A stretch of DNA of 64,000 nucleotides from Gammaproteobacteria bacterium (GTDB lineage: Bacteria; Pseudomonadota; Gammaproteobacteria; GCA-001735895). Within the stretch, counting starts at the first letter, position 1. Each line of letters opens with the position of its first letter. Positions 43,727-54,000 of this stretch are shown here, piece by piece. The stretch is taken from NCBI GenBank assembly GCA_050298595.1, contig JBNKUM010000101.1, positions 1-64,000 of the forward strand. Reading direction: 5' to 3'. The notes below the pieces were generated by a model that saw nothing but the letters and a program-made list of their open reading frames with translations, ran no database searches and had not been told where the DNA came from. Made by a program: the position numbers and the translations under genes.

Positions 43727-45146
43727 TTGCTAATGCCTGAGTCTGCCAGTGGCTGATAGAGTTAGCATAATACTTTATGACGGCTAAGGACTCAGGGTTA
43801 ACTCGATACTGTGCATTGTCGATATCAACAAACCCTCGGCCAGTTAACATATCCAGCGCCCGGGTCATCACATGTTCAAAGGTTACGATGGAGATATCTA
43901 TTGGCGCGCCGAGCTGCTCCAGTTGCTGCAAGCGCGTGAGTGCGCTAGCTTTTAATTCTAGCTCGCTGGGCCATTTTTCAGCATGATGCAGCAGGGTTTC
44001 ACACATCAGGGCTACCGGTAGAATCGGAATTACCTGAGCGATTTCATGCATTAGATTGTCTGTCAGATGTTTAATGCAGGTAAAACGCTGTGCTTCATCC
44101 AGTTGACTGAAATCGACAGACTGTTGCTGACAGTACTTTAAGGCAGACAGGGGTTTGCCAAAATTTACGCTGGCGTAACCAAAACGGTTCCAGCGAGATT
44201 TTCGATTCATAAGTAGTGTTTTTATGAAGAATTTGACACTGGTTTTAATTACAAACCATAGACTGCGTTGCTTCACATCGCTTTGCAGCCTGCGTATAAG
44301 GCTTTTATCTTCAATGACACGATCATAGTTGATGCCTACCGGGACAAATACAATATCGCGGTCAATGTCCGGGTGATAGTCACGTAGCATGTAATCCATG
44401 AAGCCCATTCTGGGCTCTCTCAATTTACCGTCGCGGGTTAATCCTCCTTCCAGAAACACCGCCTGAGTCACACCGGCTCGGGTCGACAGGTTGACGTATC
44501 TTTCGAGTACCCGCCGATACAGTGAATTGCGCGAATTACGCCGAACAAAAAAAGCCCCCATAGACTTGATCAGGGTTTGTAAAGGCCAGATTCTTGCCCA
44601 TTCACCCACAGCATAGGAGAGGGCTGTTTTTTCCGCAATCAGGAAAGAAACCAGTACATAGTCCATATTACTGCGGTGATTCATCACAAATACCACGCTG
44701 CTACCTTCAGGGATATTTTTCAGCTGATGGTCATCATAGAAGCCCACCCGAACACGATAAATCAACCGGCCAATCTTTTTTGCCAGCCAGTAACCCAGGC
44801 GAAAATAGATATAGGCGTTGAAAGAAGGCGCTATCTCTTCGGCGTAAAGCAACGCCTTGGCCTGAGCGACTTCCTTGGGCATGTTGTTTTGCTGAGCATA
44901 TTCCTTGATAGCTGCGATTACCTTATCATCGAAGATGAGTTGATCGATCAATGCCTGTTTGCGCGTTAGCTGAAAGGGGCGGATCTCAATATCCAGACGT
45001 GTATTAACCTCTTCAATGACTCGATTAACGCGTTTGCGCAGGTACCAGCGCATACCAGGTAACAGGACTCTATCCAGAATCAGGATGACGGCCAATAGTA
45101 ATAGAAGGGTAAAAAACCAGTAAGGAAGTGTGATTGAGTGTTCCAT
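43716..45146 (-). CDS. Glycerol-3-phosphate acyltransferase-like protein (PlsB-type)
   Basis: NHRSNMDY (HX4D), GAFFVRR and FLEGGLTRDG. Confidence 0.85.
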   Translation of the reverse strand: MEHSITLPYWFFTLLLLLAVILILDRVLLPGMRWYLRKRVNRVIEEVNTRLDIEIRPFQLTRKQALIDQLIFDDKVIAAIKEYAQQNNMPKEVAQAKALLYAEEIAPSFNAYIYFRLGYWLAKKIGRLIYRVRVGFYDDHQLKNIPEGSSVVFVMNHRSNMDYVLVSFLIAEKTALSYAVGEWARIWPLQTLIKSMGAFFVRRNSRNSLYRRVLERYVNLSTRAGVTQAVFLEGGLTRDGKLREPRMGFMDYMLRDYHPDIDRDIVFVPVGINYDRVIEDKSLIRRLQSDVKQRSLWFVIKTSVKFFIKTLLMNRKSRWNRFGYASVNFGKPLSALKYCQQQSVDFSQLDEAQRFTCIKHLTDNLMHEIAQVIPILPVALMCETLLHHAEKWPSELELKASALTRLQQLEQLGAPIDISIVTFEHVMTRALDMLTGRGFVDIDNAQYRVNPESLAVIKYYANSISHWQTQALASDS

Positions 45147-45205
45147 GTTAGTTTATTATTATTCAATTCTCTATAAAGTATCAGATTTAGTGTTGTAGAT
45201 AAAAC

Positions 45206-45907
45206 ATGAAACCCATATTGATTTTTACACATGCCGATTGTGAGCCGCCGGGTTATTTTACCGCGTTACTTGATTTGCTGAGCTTACCTTACCGGCAAAC
45301 CTGCCTGTTAGTGGGTAAATCTAGCGCTATTAACCCTAAAGACTATGCGGGTCTGGTTTTTATGGGTGGCCCTGGTGATGTCAATCATCCAGATGACTGG
45401 ATGATACTTGAAATCGCCATTATTCATCGCGCTTTGCAGCAGGATGTACCCGTGCTTGGTATCTGCCTGGGCGCACAGATGATGTGTCTGGCCATGGGTG
45501 GGCAGGTTAAGCAGGGTGATGCGGTAGAGGTTGGCTGGCATGAGGTTAGGCTGACAGAAGCAGGGCTTAGGCATCATTATTTTACCGGTATACCTGCCAG
45601 TTTTACGCCGTTCCACTGGCATGCTCACCACTGCATACCACCCAATGACGCAACCATTCTTGCACAAAGCGACTGTACCGGGAGTCAGGCCTTCGTACGA
45701 GGTAAACATCTGGCTATTCAGTTTCATCTGGAGATGGATGTAAACACTATTCAGGGTCTGATCACCAAATTCAGTAGCGATTTAAAAGGGGATTCTCCCT
45801 GTGTTCAAAAAAAGGAACAGATTCTTGATGATATCGAAAACCGTTGCCTGCAAAATTTTCGCATAGCCGACATTACGGTGGCGAAGTGGTTTAATTCGTT
45901 GTATTAG
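45206..45907 (+). CDS. Type 1 glutamine amidotransferase
   Basis: MGGP, LGICLGAQ and QFHLE catalytic-triad motifs. Confidence 0.9.
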   Translation: MKPILIFTHADCEPPGYFTALLDLLSLPYRQTCLLVGKSSAINPKDYAGLVFMGGPGDVNHPDDWMILEIAIIHRALQQDVPVLGICLGAQMMCLAMGGQVKQGDAVEVGWHEVRLTEAGLRHHYFTGIPASFTPFHWHAHHCIPPNDATILAQSDCTGSQAFVRGKHLAIQFHLEMDVNTIQGLITKFSSDLKGDSPCVQKKEQILDDIENRCLQNFRIADITVAKWFNSLY

Positions 45908-46671
45908 GGCCTGTTAACATTCAGTAATCCCAGGATACAGATCGTCAGTAATACCACTCCCAGAATCCGTTTGAAGCCCTCATCGTTAGTCAATAGATAC
46001 TCGTGTGTTTTTAATCCCATGACATGACCGATAGTTACTATCGGTACCAGGATTAAGGCGCTGGCAAATTGAAGGTCAACATTAAAAGCCGAGAATGTGC
46101 CAAGTTTAATGGCGACCAGGATAATCCATAATACAAACAAGGTATTACGCAGCTTTTCTCGGGCGATATGGTTCATGAATACCGCTACAATTAAAGGAGC
46201 ACCGGTTAAAGAAGTCCCTGACACATAACCCCCAATAACGAGTAGAACCTTGTCGCTCCAGCCGGATTGGCTGCGTATGCTCAGTCGGAATATCCATAAA
46301 ACTGAATAAAACAGGGTAATGCAATAGATGATGATTACCAGCCATTGATTGGGCAGGTTGAGCAGTCCAAAGACCCCCGCCAGTTTTGCGGGGAATATAT
46401 AGATGCTGGATTTTTTCAGGTAGTCCCAGTCGACATTTTTGATCCGGGTGAGCAGTGTCATGCTGGTGAATATGAGTAGATGTATACCAATAATGGGTAA
46501 CCAGAAAATGGGCCGATCATAAACCATTAACATCAGTGGCAGACCCAGTGCCGCACCACCAAACCCCAGGCCACTACGCACGAATCCCGACCAGATAAAT
46601 ATTAATGTAGTCAGAATCATCTGAGTGGTTGTAAATTCAAAGAATTGAGATTGCTGAAAAAAATCTAGCAT
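45904..46671 (-). CDS. TauE/SafE (sulfite exporter) family membrane protein
   Basis: SGFVRSGLGFGG and GYVSGTSLTGAP; ATG at 46671 preferred over the TTG extension. Confidence 0.85.
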   Translation of the reverse strand: MLDFFQQSQFFEFTTTQMILTTLIFIWSGFVRSGLGFGGAALGLPLMLMVYDRPIFWLPIIGIHLLIFTSMTLLTRIKNVDWDYLKKSSIYIFPAKLAGVFGLLNLPNQWLVIIIYCITLFYSVLWIFRLSIRSQSGWSDKVLLVIGGYVSGTSLTGAPLIVAVFMNHIAREKLRNTLFVLWIILVAIKLGTFSAFNVDLQFASALILVPIVTIGHVMGLKTHEYLLTNDEGFKRILGVVLLTICILGLLNVNRP

Positions 46672-46784
46672 GTAATAAAAAGCCTGTAGCAGGAAAAAGC
46701 CCGAATTAAAAACCGTCGCAGTATAACTGAAAATAAACTTTCCAAAAGCCAACTGATTCTGTGTCTTTGCGCTTAGTTTAAAGC

Positions 46785-46975
46785 TGTCCATAAAAATAGA
46801 TAGAACGGGAAGTCGCTGCAAAGCTTACCGTCTTCAATCCCGTACCGTCCCCCGCAACGGTAAATAGTTTAACAATCAAGAAACCACTGTTCATGAGTAT
46901 AGGAAGGTTAGATTGGGGGAACTTTATACAACTAACTTATGCAACGTAATCGACAGACTACAAGATTCGGCCTGA
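46785..46975 (+). ncRNA. Degenerate cobalamin riboswitch
   Basis: Ordered B12-element motifs: AACGGGAAG..TGCAAA (46804), AATCC, CCCCCGCAACGGTAA (46849), CCACTG (46884) and GGAAGG (46902); boundaries approximate. Confidence 0.65.
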
Positions 46976-46999
46976 ATCGCAAATAGTCTCAAGTGGTTT

Positions 47000-47203
47000 C
47001 TATTACGTGCATGCGATAATGAAGCCAATCACCCGCTGGTATTAATCCATGGCGTCAGGATGAGTCATGCTACTGATGGTAAATTTGATTTCGCCAACCT
47101 GAGAATGGAGTCGATATAAACTAGCGAGTTCTTAATGGGGCCGTAGCCAGCTTTCTATGGTGGTTATGCTGTTGCGGGAGTGATTTAATATTAGCACAAA
47201 AAA
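47000..47203 (+). pseudogene. TonB-dependent receptor (BtuB-like) plug-domain remnant
   Basis: NHPLVLIHGVRM...FDFANL..ESI*TSEFLMGP*PAFYGGYAVAGVI* matches the plug consensus NHTLVLIDGVR...IERIEILRGP.S.LYG..A.GGVINI, with three stops. Confidence 0.7.
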
Positions 47204-47278
47204 TGTGTGGTGATTTCTGCGGGTATATCGCAGGATTTTGGCGAATCAGCCTCAGGTATTATAGCTTGCTAGAAATGA

Positions 47279-47551
47279 TTAGCCGGTAATAAAAGAGCCT
47301 GGAACAGGCGTTTGAATTTCCTGATATTCAACTTTTGATACCTGAGCCATCTCAGGCCCATGATCTAACCATGTAAGTAGTTGTCTGACATTTTCTTCTG
47401 TACCACAGGCGAGAACCTCAACTCGTCCATCTGTCAGATTAATTGCATGTCCCGTTATACCCAGTTTTTGTGCTTGTTGCCGCGTAGACTGGCGAAAAAA
47501 TACACCCTGAACTCGGCCGGATACCATTACTTTCACACATATTTTATTCAT
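47279..47551 (-). CDS. Acylphosphatase
   Basis: VSGRVQGVFFR and NLTDGRVEV. Confidence 0.93.
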   Translation of the reverse strand: MNKICVKVMVSGRVQGVFFRQSTRQQAQKLGITGHAINLTDGRVEVLACGTEENVRQLLTWLDHGPEMAQVSKVEYQEIQTPVPGSFITG

Positions 47552-47844
47552 ATTCCAATTCTTATCGTAATTTTCTCTTTAATCAATTATTGCACTAAAA
47601 CATGTGTATCAATACTAAAAATTAGCCCAATTCTTAAGGGTAATCAGCTATAGTCCCGCCATGCAAAATACCTGTTTTTCTAAAATCTAGAAGCCTGTTA
47701 AGTTTAGGTGATCGTAGCGAGGGAATGACATTTTGAGACCAATATTTCGATCATTTGAGGCGAATAGTAAGCCTATTTAACGAAAATGATCGGATTGTTG
47801 GCCAAAATGCCTTTTCTACAGTAGATGCATCCTAAATCTGACAG

Positions 47845-47942
47845 GCTCATGGGTTGAACTAAATATTGTGGCCGAAGGTGTAGAGAATGAGCAGCAACTC
47901 AATCATCTGAGAGAACTAGCTGTGATGAATATCAGGGCTATA
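47845..47942 (+). pseudogene. C-terminal EAL-domain remnant
   Basis: IVAEGVENEQQLNHLREL then a frameshift to CDEYQGY; nothing upstream. Confidence 0.65.
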
Positions 47943-47949
47943 TGGGTCT

Positions 47950-48640
47950 TTATCCAGATAAACTGGCTTAATCAGGCCGCGGTAATCTGGTTTTTTTGTG
48001 CTTCCGAGGCCACTCAATGTACACCAAGCATGCAGCAAAAAATACCCACAGCATCACTAGCACCATGCACTTCTATGGATGGAACGCATGCTTGAGCGAA
48101 AGATACGCATAACTGATACCAGTACCATCGCCAATCTGGAATGTATCATCGCCTTTTTTGTATCCACTACTATACTGATTCTGGCAGGACTGGTAACCGT
48201 TCTGGTTCCTACTGAACAAGCCATTAATGAGATATCGGATATCCCTTTGCCAGTAATTCAACCACCGATGAATGAGAGATGAAGTTACTGTTACTGGTTA
48301 TTATCTTCAGCTATGTATTTTTCAAGTTTATCTGGAGTTTGCGACAATATGGTATTACCTCAATCATGATAAGTGGGTCACCAATGCCCGTAGACAATAT
48401 CAACGACCAGGCTCGAATCTCATTTGCTAAGCGAAATACCCGTATGTTATCGCTGGCAGCAAACAATCTTAACTCGGGATTAAGAACCTATTACTTCAGT
48501 CTCAGCGTACCTGGATGTTTATAAACCCCTGGATATTCATCTGCATTAGCGCGATGATTATCTGGTTGTTATACTGACGTGAATTCAAATCCAGAACTCT
48601 GGATGAATTAAGTGTCAGCAAGGCTGAACCTGAAAAATAG
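47950..48640 (+). pseudogene. Frameshifted DUF599-family membrane protein pseudogene
   Basis: Fragments WMERMLERKIRITDT..FFVSTTILILAG, FFKFIWSLRQY, NSGLRTYYFS and LY*REFKSR lie in different frames. Confidence 0.75.
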
Positions 48641-48695
48641 CTAAGCAGAATAGCTGTTTATTTGATAAAATCCTGCAGAAATAAAGCGTAAAAAA

Positions 48696-48772
48696 CGGGG
48701 TGTAGCTCAGTCTGGTAGAGCACTGTCTTCGGGAGGCAGGGGCCGGAGGTTCAAATCCTCTCACCCCGACCA
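48696..48772 (+). tRNA. tRNA-Pro (anticodon CGG)
   Basis: Acceptor stem CGGGGTG/CACCCCG, D-arm TAGCTCAGTCTGGTAGAGC, anticodon loop TTCGGGA, T-loop GGTTCAAATCC, encoded CCA. Confidence 0.97.
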
Positions 48773-48854
48773 GTTTAAAGAGCAAAGTAGTTTCAGTTAT
48801 ATCTAATCTAATCTAATCGAAGTCAAGATGAGAAGACGTGCCATGTAAGTTAGC

Positions 48855-49050
48855 TTCAGATCAATAGCTCAAGGATATACCCATAATAACAGGCACCACC
48901 AAGATCATTTAGCGATTACGATAAGAAGGGTGTAGAGAGAGATGGAGCGATGGCAAAAGCCTACCTTAGTGGGCTCTATAAAATTGAAGCAGGTTGGGGA
49001 GTATTTTAGGTGCAGCTATATAACGGTAAGTTGGGCTGTAAATGTTTATA
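48855..49050 (+). pseudogene. C-terminal remnant of a REP-associated (Y1) tyrosine transposase
   Basis: DQ*LKDIP / QAPPRSFSDY...ERDGAMAKAYLSGLY / LKQVGEYFRCSYITVSWAV, across frameshifts, matches the HTH tail of RAYT-like transposases. Confidence 0.6.
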
Positions 49051-49365
49051 ATACCTTACATTTAACTGTAATAAATAAGTATTGGGTCCCCAGAATCCTA
49101 CACCTTAAAAACATGAATTGATCAGAGTTCCCCTAATCAATAGTAAGTCTAATATCTGCCGACTGTACTCATTTAAGGTTTATTAATGATTGATTACCGA
49201 GTCATCCATATTCAGAAGTTGTCGGTCACTTAGGAGTCCTTGTGCCGCCATTTATTACAGGTCCCTGGGAGCTATAGAATCTTGACTGGATTTCAGAGAA
49301 TGATATTGGCAGATAGGTCTTTGTATACTTCTTTTACCCTCTATTGGTCATCTGAAGATCCATTT

Positions 49366-50625
49366 TTACAGTTCAGGTATTTTATCTAACCAGGCCTGAA
49401 AATATGTAGATCGAACTATATGATTTGTATTTTCAGGCCAACGTCGCAGAATTTCATGCTTAATTTGGTTTAGACGGTAGAGTGTTTCACGAGCCATGGA
49501 CTCCATTTCCATAAGTTCATCCCTTGAGTCTCCAAGTTGCTCAATTAGTGAGGGTGCCTCATCAGGTTTTATACCTGAGCTGGAAATTTGTAAACATAAA
49601 GCATTGATCTGATTTTGCGCGAACTTAAATGCGGCCGATTTTTGATCGACCTGACTGGAAACTGATTCATTAAAAAACTTATAAATATTTAAAATTACTG
49701 CCCAGTTATCGCGTAGTTGCTCTTTGTTTAATGTCTCCGTCGGACTGTCGAGGGTTTGCTGTTGTTTAAATAATGCGACCATTATCTTGATCAGCGACGC
49801 GTCCAACTTCCCTCTATTGGTTTTGATACTGATAATGAGTTGATTCCAATCAGGGGTGCTCTTACTTTGTTCAAGTAGAGCTACAGAAATGTCGGCAACG
49901 GCTAGAACTCTGCCATAGAGACTTAACTCGGAAATACCGCGGGGGTATCCTGAACCATCCAGCCTTTCATGATGCTCAAAAACAGCGAGTGATACTTCGG
50001 GTTTATATTCTGGGAACTCTTGCAGAATCAGATGAATTATTATGGGGTGTGAGTAGATCTGGCGCCTGAGCTCTGGCGTTAGCCGGGTTTGTCGATCTGT
50101 CAGTGTGGGGTCAATATGCATTTCTCCAAGGTCATGAAAAAGACCTGCAGTAGCTAATTTAATTAATTGATCTTCAGCCAGTGATTTTTCAGTACCGAGG
50201 AAGAGAGATGCCAGTGAGGTGCAGATTGAATGTCGAAACTTTTCTGGCGCCTGAGAACGAGTGATGGTCAACTTATTAGACATGGTACAATTTAATGGTA
50301 TTTTTTTGAAAATACGAACTGCAAGTTTTGGGTCACTTAATGTACGGGCAAAAAAACCAATGTTGAAATCGGAATCTATCAATTTCTCAAATTCTTCAAC
50401 GAGAGTGATATTAGATACGCTATTTTCAATTTTTAAACTGTTATCTATTGGTTTTAAAAGTTTATTTTTGAGAAGTTTCTGATACACGCTTTGGTTGATT
50501 TTCGCGCCGGAAGCTAACAGTTTTACTCCTCTTTCATTGTATATGTCTTCGGTCGTTGAAATATTTAAAGACTCTGATGCGCCTATCAGATTTTTGATGT
50601 AGTTATGACTATCCTGTTCGGACAT
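49366..50625 (-). CDS. HD-GYP domain c-di-nucleotide phosphodiesterase
   Basis: GLFHDLG, EHHERLDGSGYPRG and VLAVAD. Confidence 0.88.
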   Translation of the reverse strand: MSEQDSHNYIKNLIGASESLNISTTEDIYNERGVKLLASGAKINQSVYQKLLKNKLLKPIDNSLKIENSVSNITLVEEFEKLIDSDFNIGFFARTLSDPKLAVRIFKKIPLNCTMSNKLTITRSQAPEKFRHSICTSLASLFLGTEKSLAEDQLIKLATAGLFHDLGEMHIDPTLTDRQTRLTPELRRQIYSHPIIIHLILQEFPEYKPEVSLAVFEHHERLDGSGYPRGISELSLYGRVLAVADISVALLEQSKSTPDWNQLIISIKTNRGKLDASLIKIMVALFKQQQTLDSPTETLNKEQLRDNWAVILNIYKFFNESVSSQVDQKSAAFKFAQNQINALCLQISSSGIKPDEAPSLIEQLGDSRDELMEMESMARETLYRLNQIKHEILRRWPENTNHIVRSTYFQAWLDKIPEL

Positions 50626-51030
50626 TAGATTACCTGTATCACTAGTCGTAGTAATTATTCAATTATGGGTGGTCGGTAATACTAACTAGCCTAAAAAATA
50701 CTATAGTCTAAGTTCACGCCAAGAAATTTAATGTGACGAAGTGGCAATAGGAGAGCGATTTATAAGTATTTAAAAAGTATAATCCGCCATTTTATGCCTC
50801 CGCCTATCTCATTATAATTTTGCTATTTAAAGATGTCCATCTAATCAAAACTAACTAGATTCATGTGTCTCCCCTTATCTGTAGTTACCTACAAGCTATA
50901 GGGAATGACTCAGATGGGTCGTCCTGATCCAATACAGTTATTATCACGCGGAATATTTCAAATTTGATCTCTATTAAAAATGAATTCCATTATTGAATGC
51001 TCTTTATATTTAGCGCTAAATAATCACCAG

Positions 51031-54000
51031 CTAAATAGCTTCCAGTTTAGTAATAAGTGAGCGGAATGCCTCACAATGACCATCGATTAGCTCATAGGGA
51101 AACATAAAGACCGGATCAATATTTGGCACTGCTCTCTTTAGCTGAAAATAGTAATCGATAATCGCTTCACTTGAGTTGTTCTCTGCACCGAAACCAGCTA
51201 AATCCACTATTCCTATGGTTTTCCTGATATCCTTAGTAAAGGCGATCATGTCGACAACCTTCAAAGGGTCTCCAACGACAATGTCTGTACGAATATCTAT
51301 ACTTTGTGTCTGTATGCGCCTCAGAGCCTCCTTTGTTCCGCGTTGGCCTGAACTATTTAACGCAAACTTTAACAGGCTTAGAAATAGCGATACATTCTCA
51401 TCACTAACCGCACTTTGTTCTGAATCACTATTTTGCTGCTGTCGCAACAATGCTTGCGAAAGATAGTGGGTAATATTTGATCGCCTATGCTCTAACTGTT
51501 CAAAATTGCGGTGAAGAAAGTGAAAAGCTTTCTTTTTGGGCCTGCTCATGAGTACATTAAGCTCACCTTTGCGCTTGTCTTCATCGTCACCCTGCGAAAA
51601 TGCAGCGAGATTATAACGAGTGACATCCCATAGATAGAAGATATAATCTCGCTCCTTTCCTTGCAGTGCGGCGCCGGCTCCGTCAAGCAAAACTTCACCA
51701 CGTTTTAGCTTATTCAGAAGTTTGTCTTTTACGTGCTTGATATAGGGTTCATTTTTCATCAAAAAATAACATAGTGCGACATCGGTATCTATGTTGATCT
51801 TCTTGCCGCTAGTTGTTTCAATCTCTGCAATGGAGCGCTCTACGTAATCCATAAAGCGATCTATCATTTGTGTTTCGATGCCTTTAAATTTTCCGCTGGT
51901 TGCTTTTTTTGACGTTTCAACCTGAAACTCACTGGTATCCACCACTACAGGGCAGGGATGTTCCGGCAATCGCCACTGCATAACCTTCAGTTCATCCTCA
52001 TAAACATATTTATTCGAAAACTCTATAATCTCTGGTGGACAACGGTAGTGCTCATCTAGCATTACCGAAGCCTGCTTTATAGATTTAACTAAGGCAAATA
52101 TATGAGACCCGCCGCCTTTAAATCCGCGCGCTTGTGTAGATCTTAAGTGTTCGTCCAGTTCATGGTCTTTAAATAGATAGTCGTCAGTACTCGAATTCTT
52201 TTGTAATACGGTCTGTTTGTCATCACCGACAACCAGGAGTTTTTTTGCTCGAAAAAGCAATGACATGGCATCATCAACTCGACACTGTGTCGCTTCGTCA
52301 ATAATGACCAAATCGAAGGATTGTTCTTTACAGGGCAGCAAAAAAGGTACTACCTGTTTGCGTACAATCCAGATTGGAAATGTTTCGTAAAGAGCTTCTT
52401 TAAACTCATCAAAAACTGCTCCGCTTTTTGGTATCGAAGAAAATTGCTTTAGATCCTCTATTAGAGCCATGATTCGAGTCGAGGCATCGGTTCCGCTACT
52501 GTGCTTAGTTGTTGTAGCGTGTTGTGCTATTTCATGTAAACAAGCAACTAAACGCTCGTAAACTAATTGGTCTCGCTGCTCATACACCTTGGCTATTTTT
52601 TCCAGATCACTTTGAATTGAAGTGTGTGTGTTGCTTGCTGCACTGTTAAAATTTCTAGATACGCTGAAAAACAATGCCAGGGCCTGATTAGGACGATCAT
52701 TAAGCCGAATGGATTCGTGGATCTCTCTTAACAATTTCCATAAATCAGCTGAGCAGCTTTTGGAGAATTTCAGTATTTGGACCTGATTGTTCACCATCTC
52801 TAATAAAAGCTGAGCCTGCCTTTGCAGTTCACTGCGAAATCCTATGCGTAATTTCTGTTCTACGCGTGTTAAGACTCTCCTGGATTTTAGGAGCTGTTCT
52901 TCAAATACTGTTTCAAGGTGGCGAATCAATTCGTGTCGCATAGATGTTCCGAGTAATTCGAGAAAATCCTCTTTAGACTCGATCATAGATTTTGATAGTT
53001 TCGAGAGAATCGAAATATCACCTTTTAAGATTGAAATGTCTTCGTTTGTGCGAGATGGATCAGCGTTTACCGATGAAAGATTGAAGTAACTGTAACACTG
53101 CTCCATGTTAGCTTTAATGAGTTGTCTTCGGTTGTTGATAAAGTTAGAGATCAAGGTGCGATGTTTATTTTTAGAGTCGAGCAGTATTTCTAAAAACTCA
53201 ACTAGACTGGAAGTATTTGTCTGAAATTCATACTTGTGAGGCTCAATATTTTCAAAAGGTAGGTCACTGCCCATATGGAGAGACAGTTTATTATTAATAG
53301 TGGCGTCCAATTGAGCTAATTGTTGATCTAAAGTCTGAAGTTTTTTTTCAATGTTTTCACGGATGTTTATCGTACCCACGTTACTGGTTTTAAGGGGTTT
53401 AACCAGTTTATCGAGTACCTCAGTTAGATTGGTATTATTAACATCTATTTCATCAACTATTTTGATAGCGTTGAATAGCAGATCGTTATGACTCCTACCG
53501 CTAGAGTGTCCATTGCGCTCGCTCGAAAGATATTGCTGAATCTTTTCTACTAAAGCTTCTATTGCACCTTTTTGATCACTAACAATGAGTGCACGTTTTT
53601 TATTGCAAATACACTGAAGCAATAAATTCATTATTGTGTGTGTTTTGCCTGTACCCGGTGGCCCCTCAAGCAGCAGCAGGTCATGGCATTGAAGTCGTTC
53701 AAATAGTTTACGTGTGCTTTGCGGTAGTCTGCCGGGGACCCACGTCAGATCATCTAACCAGGTATCATTATGTGTCTTAGCTGTAAGTTCAGGTGTCAAA
53801 AATCTGCCTAATAAAGAATCGTAAAATCGATTCATCTTTTGATGGGCAATATGATGAATGCGATCAAGATCGTGTTCGAGCGCCTGATCGATCGGTGCTT
53901 GTAGCTTGGGGGCGCGATATAAATTAACACTGAACAAATCACATTCAACACCATTGAACTTAAGACCACCAAGTATTCCTCCTAAGCCATTTTCGTCGGC

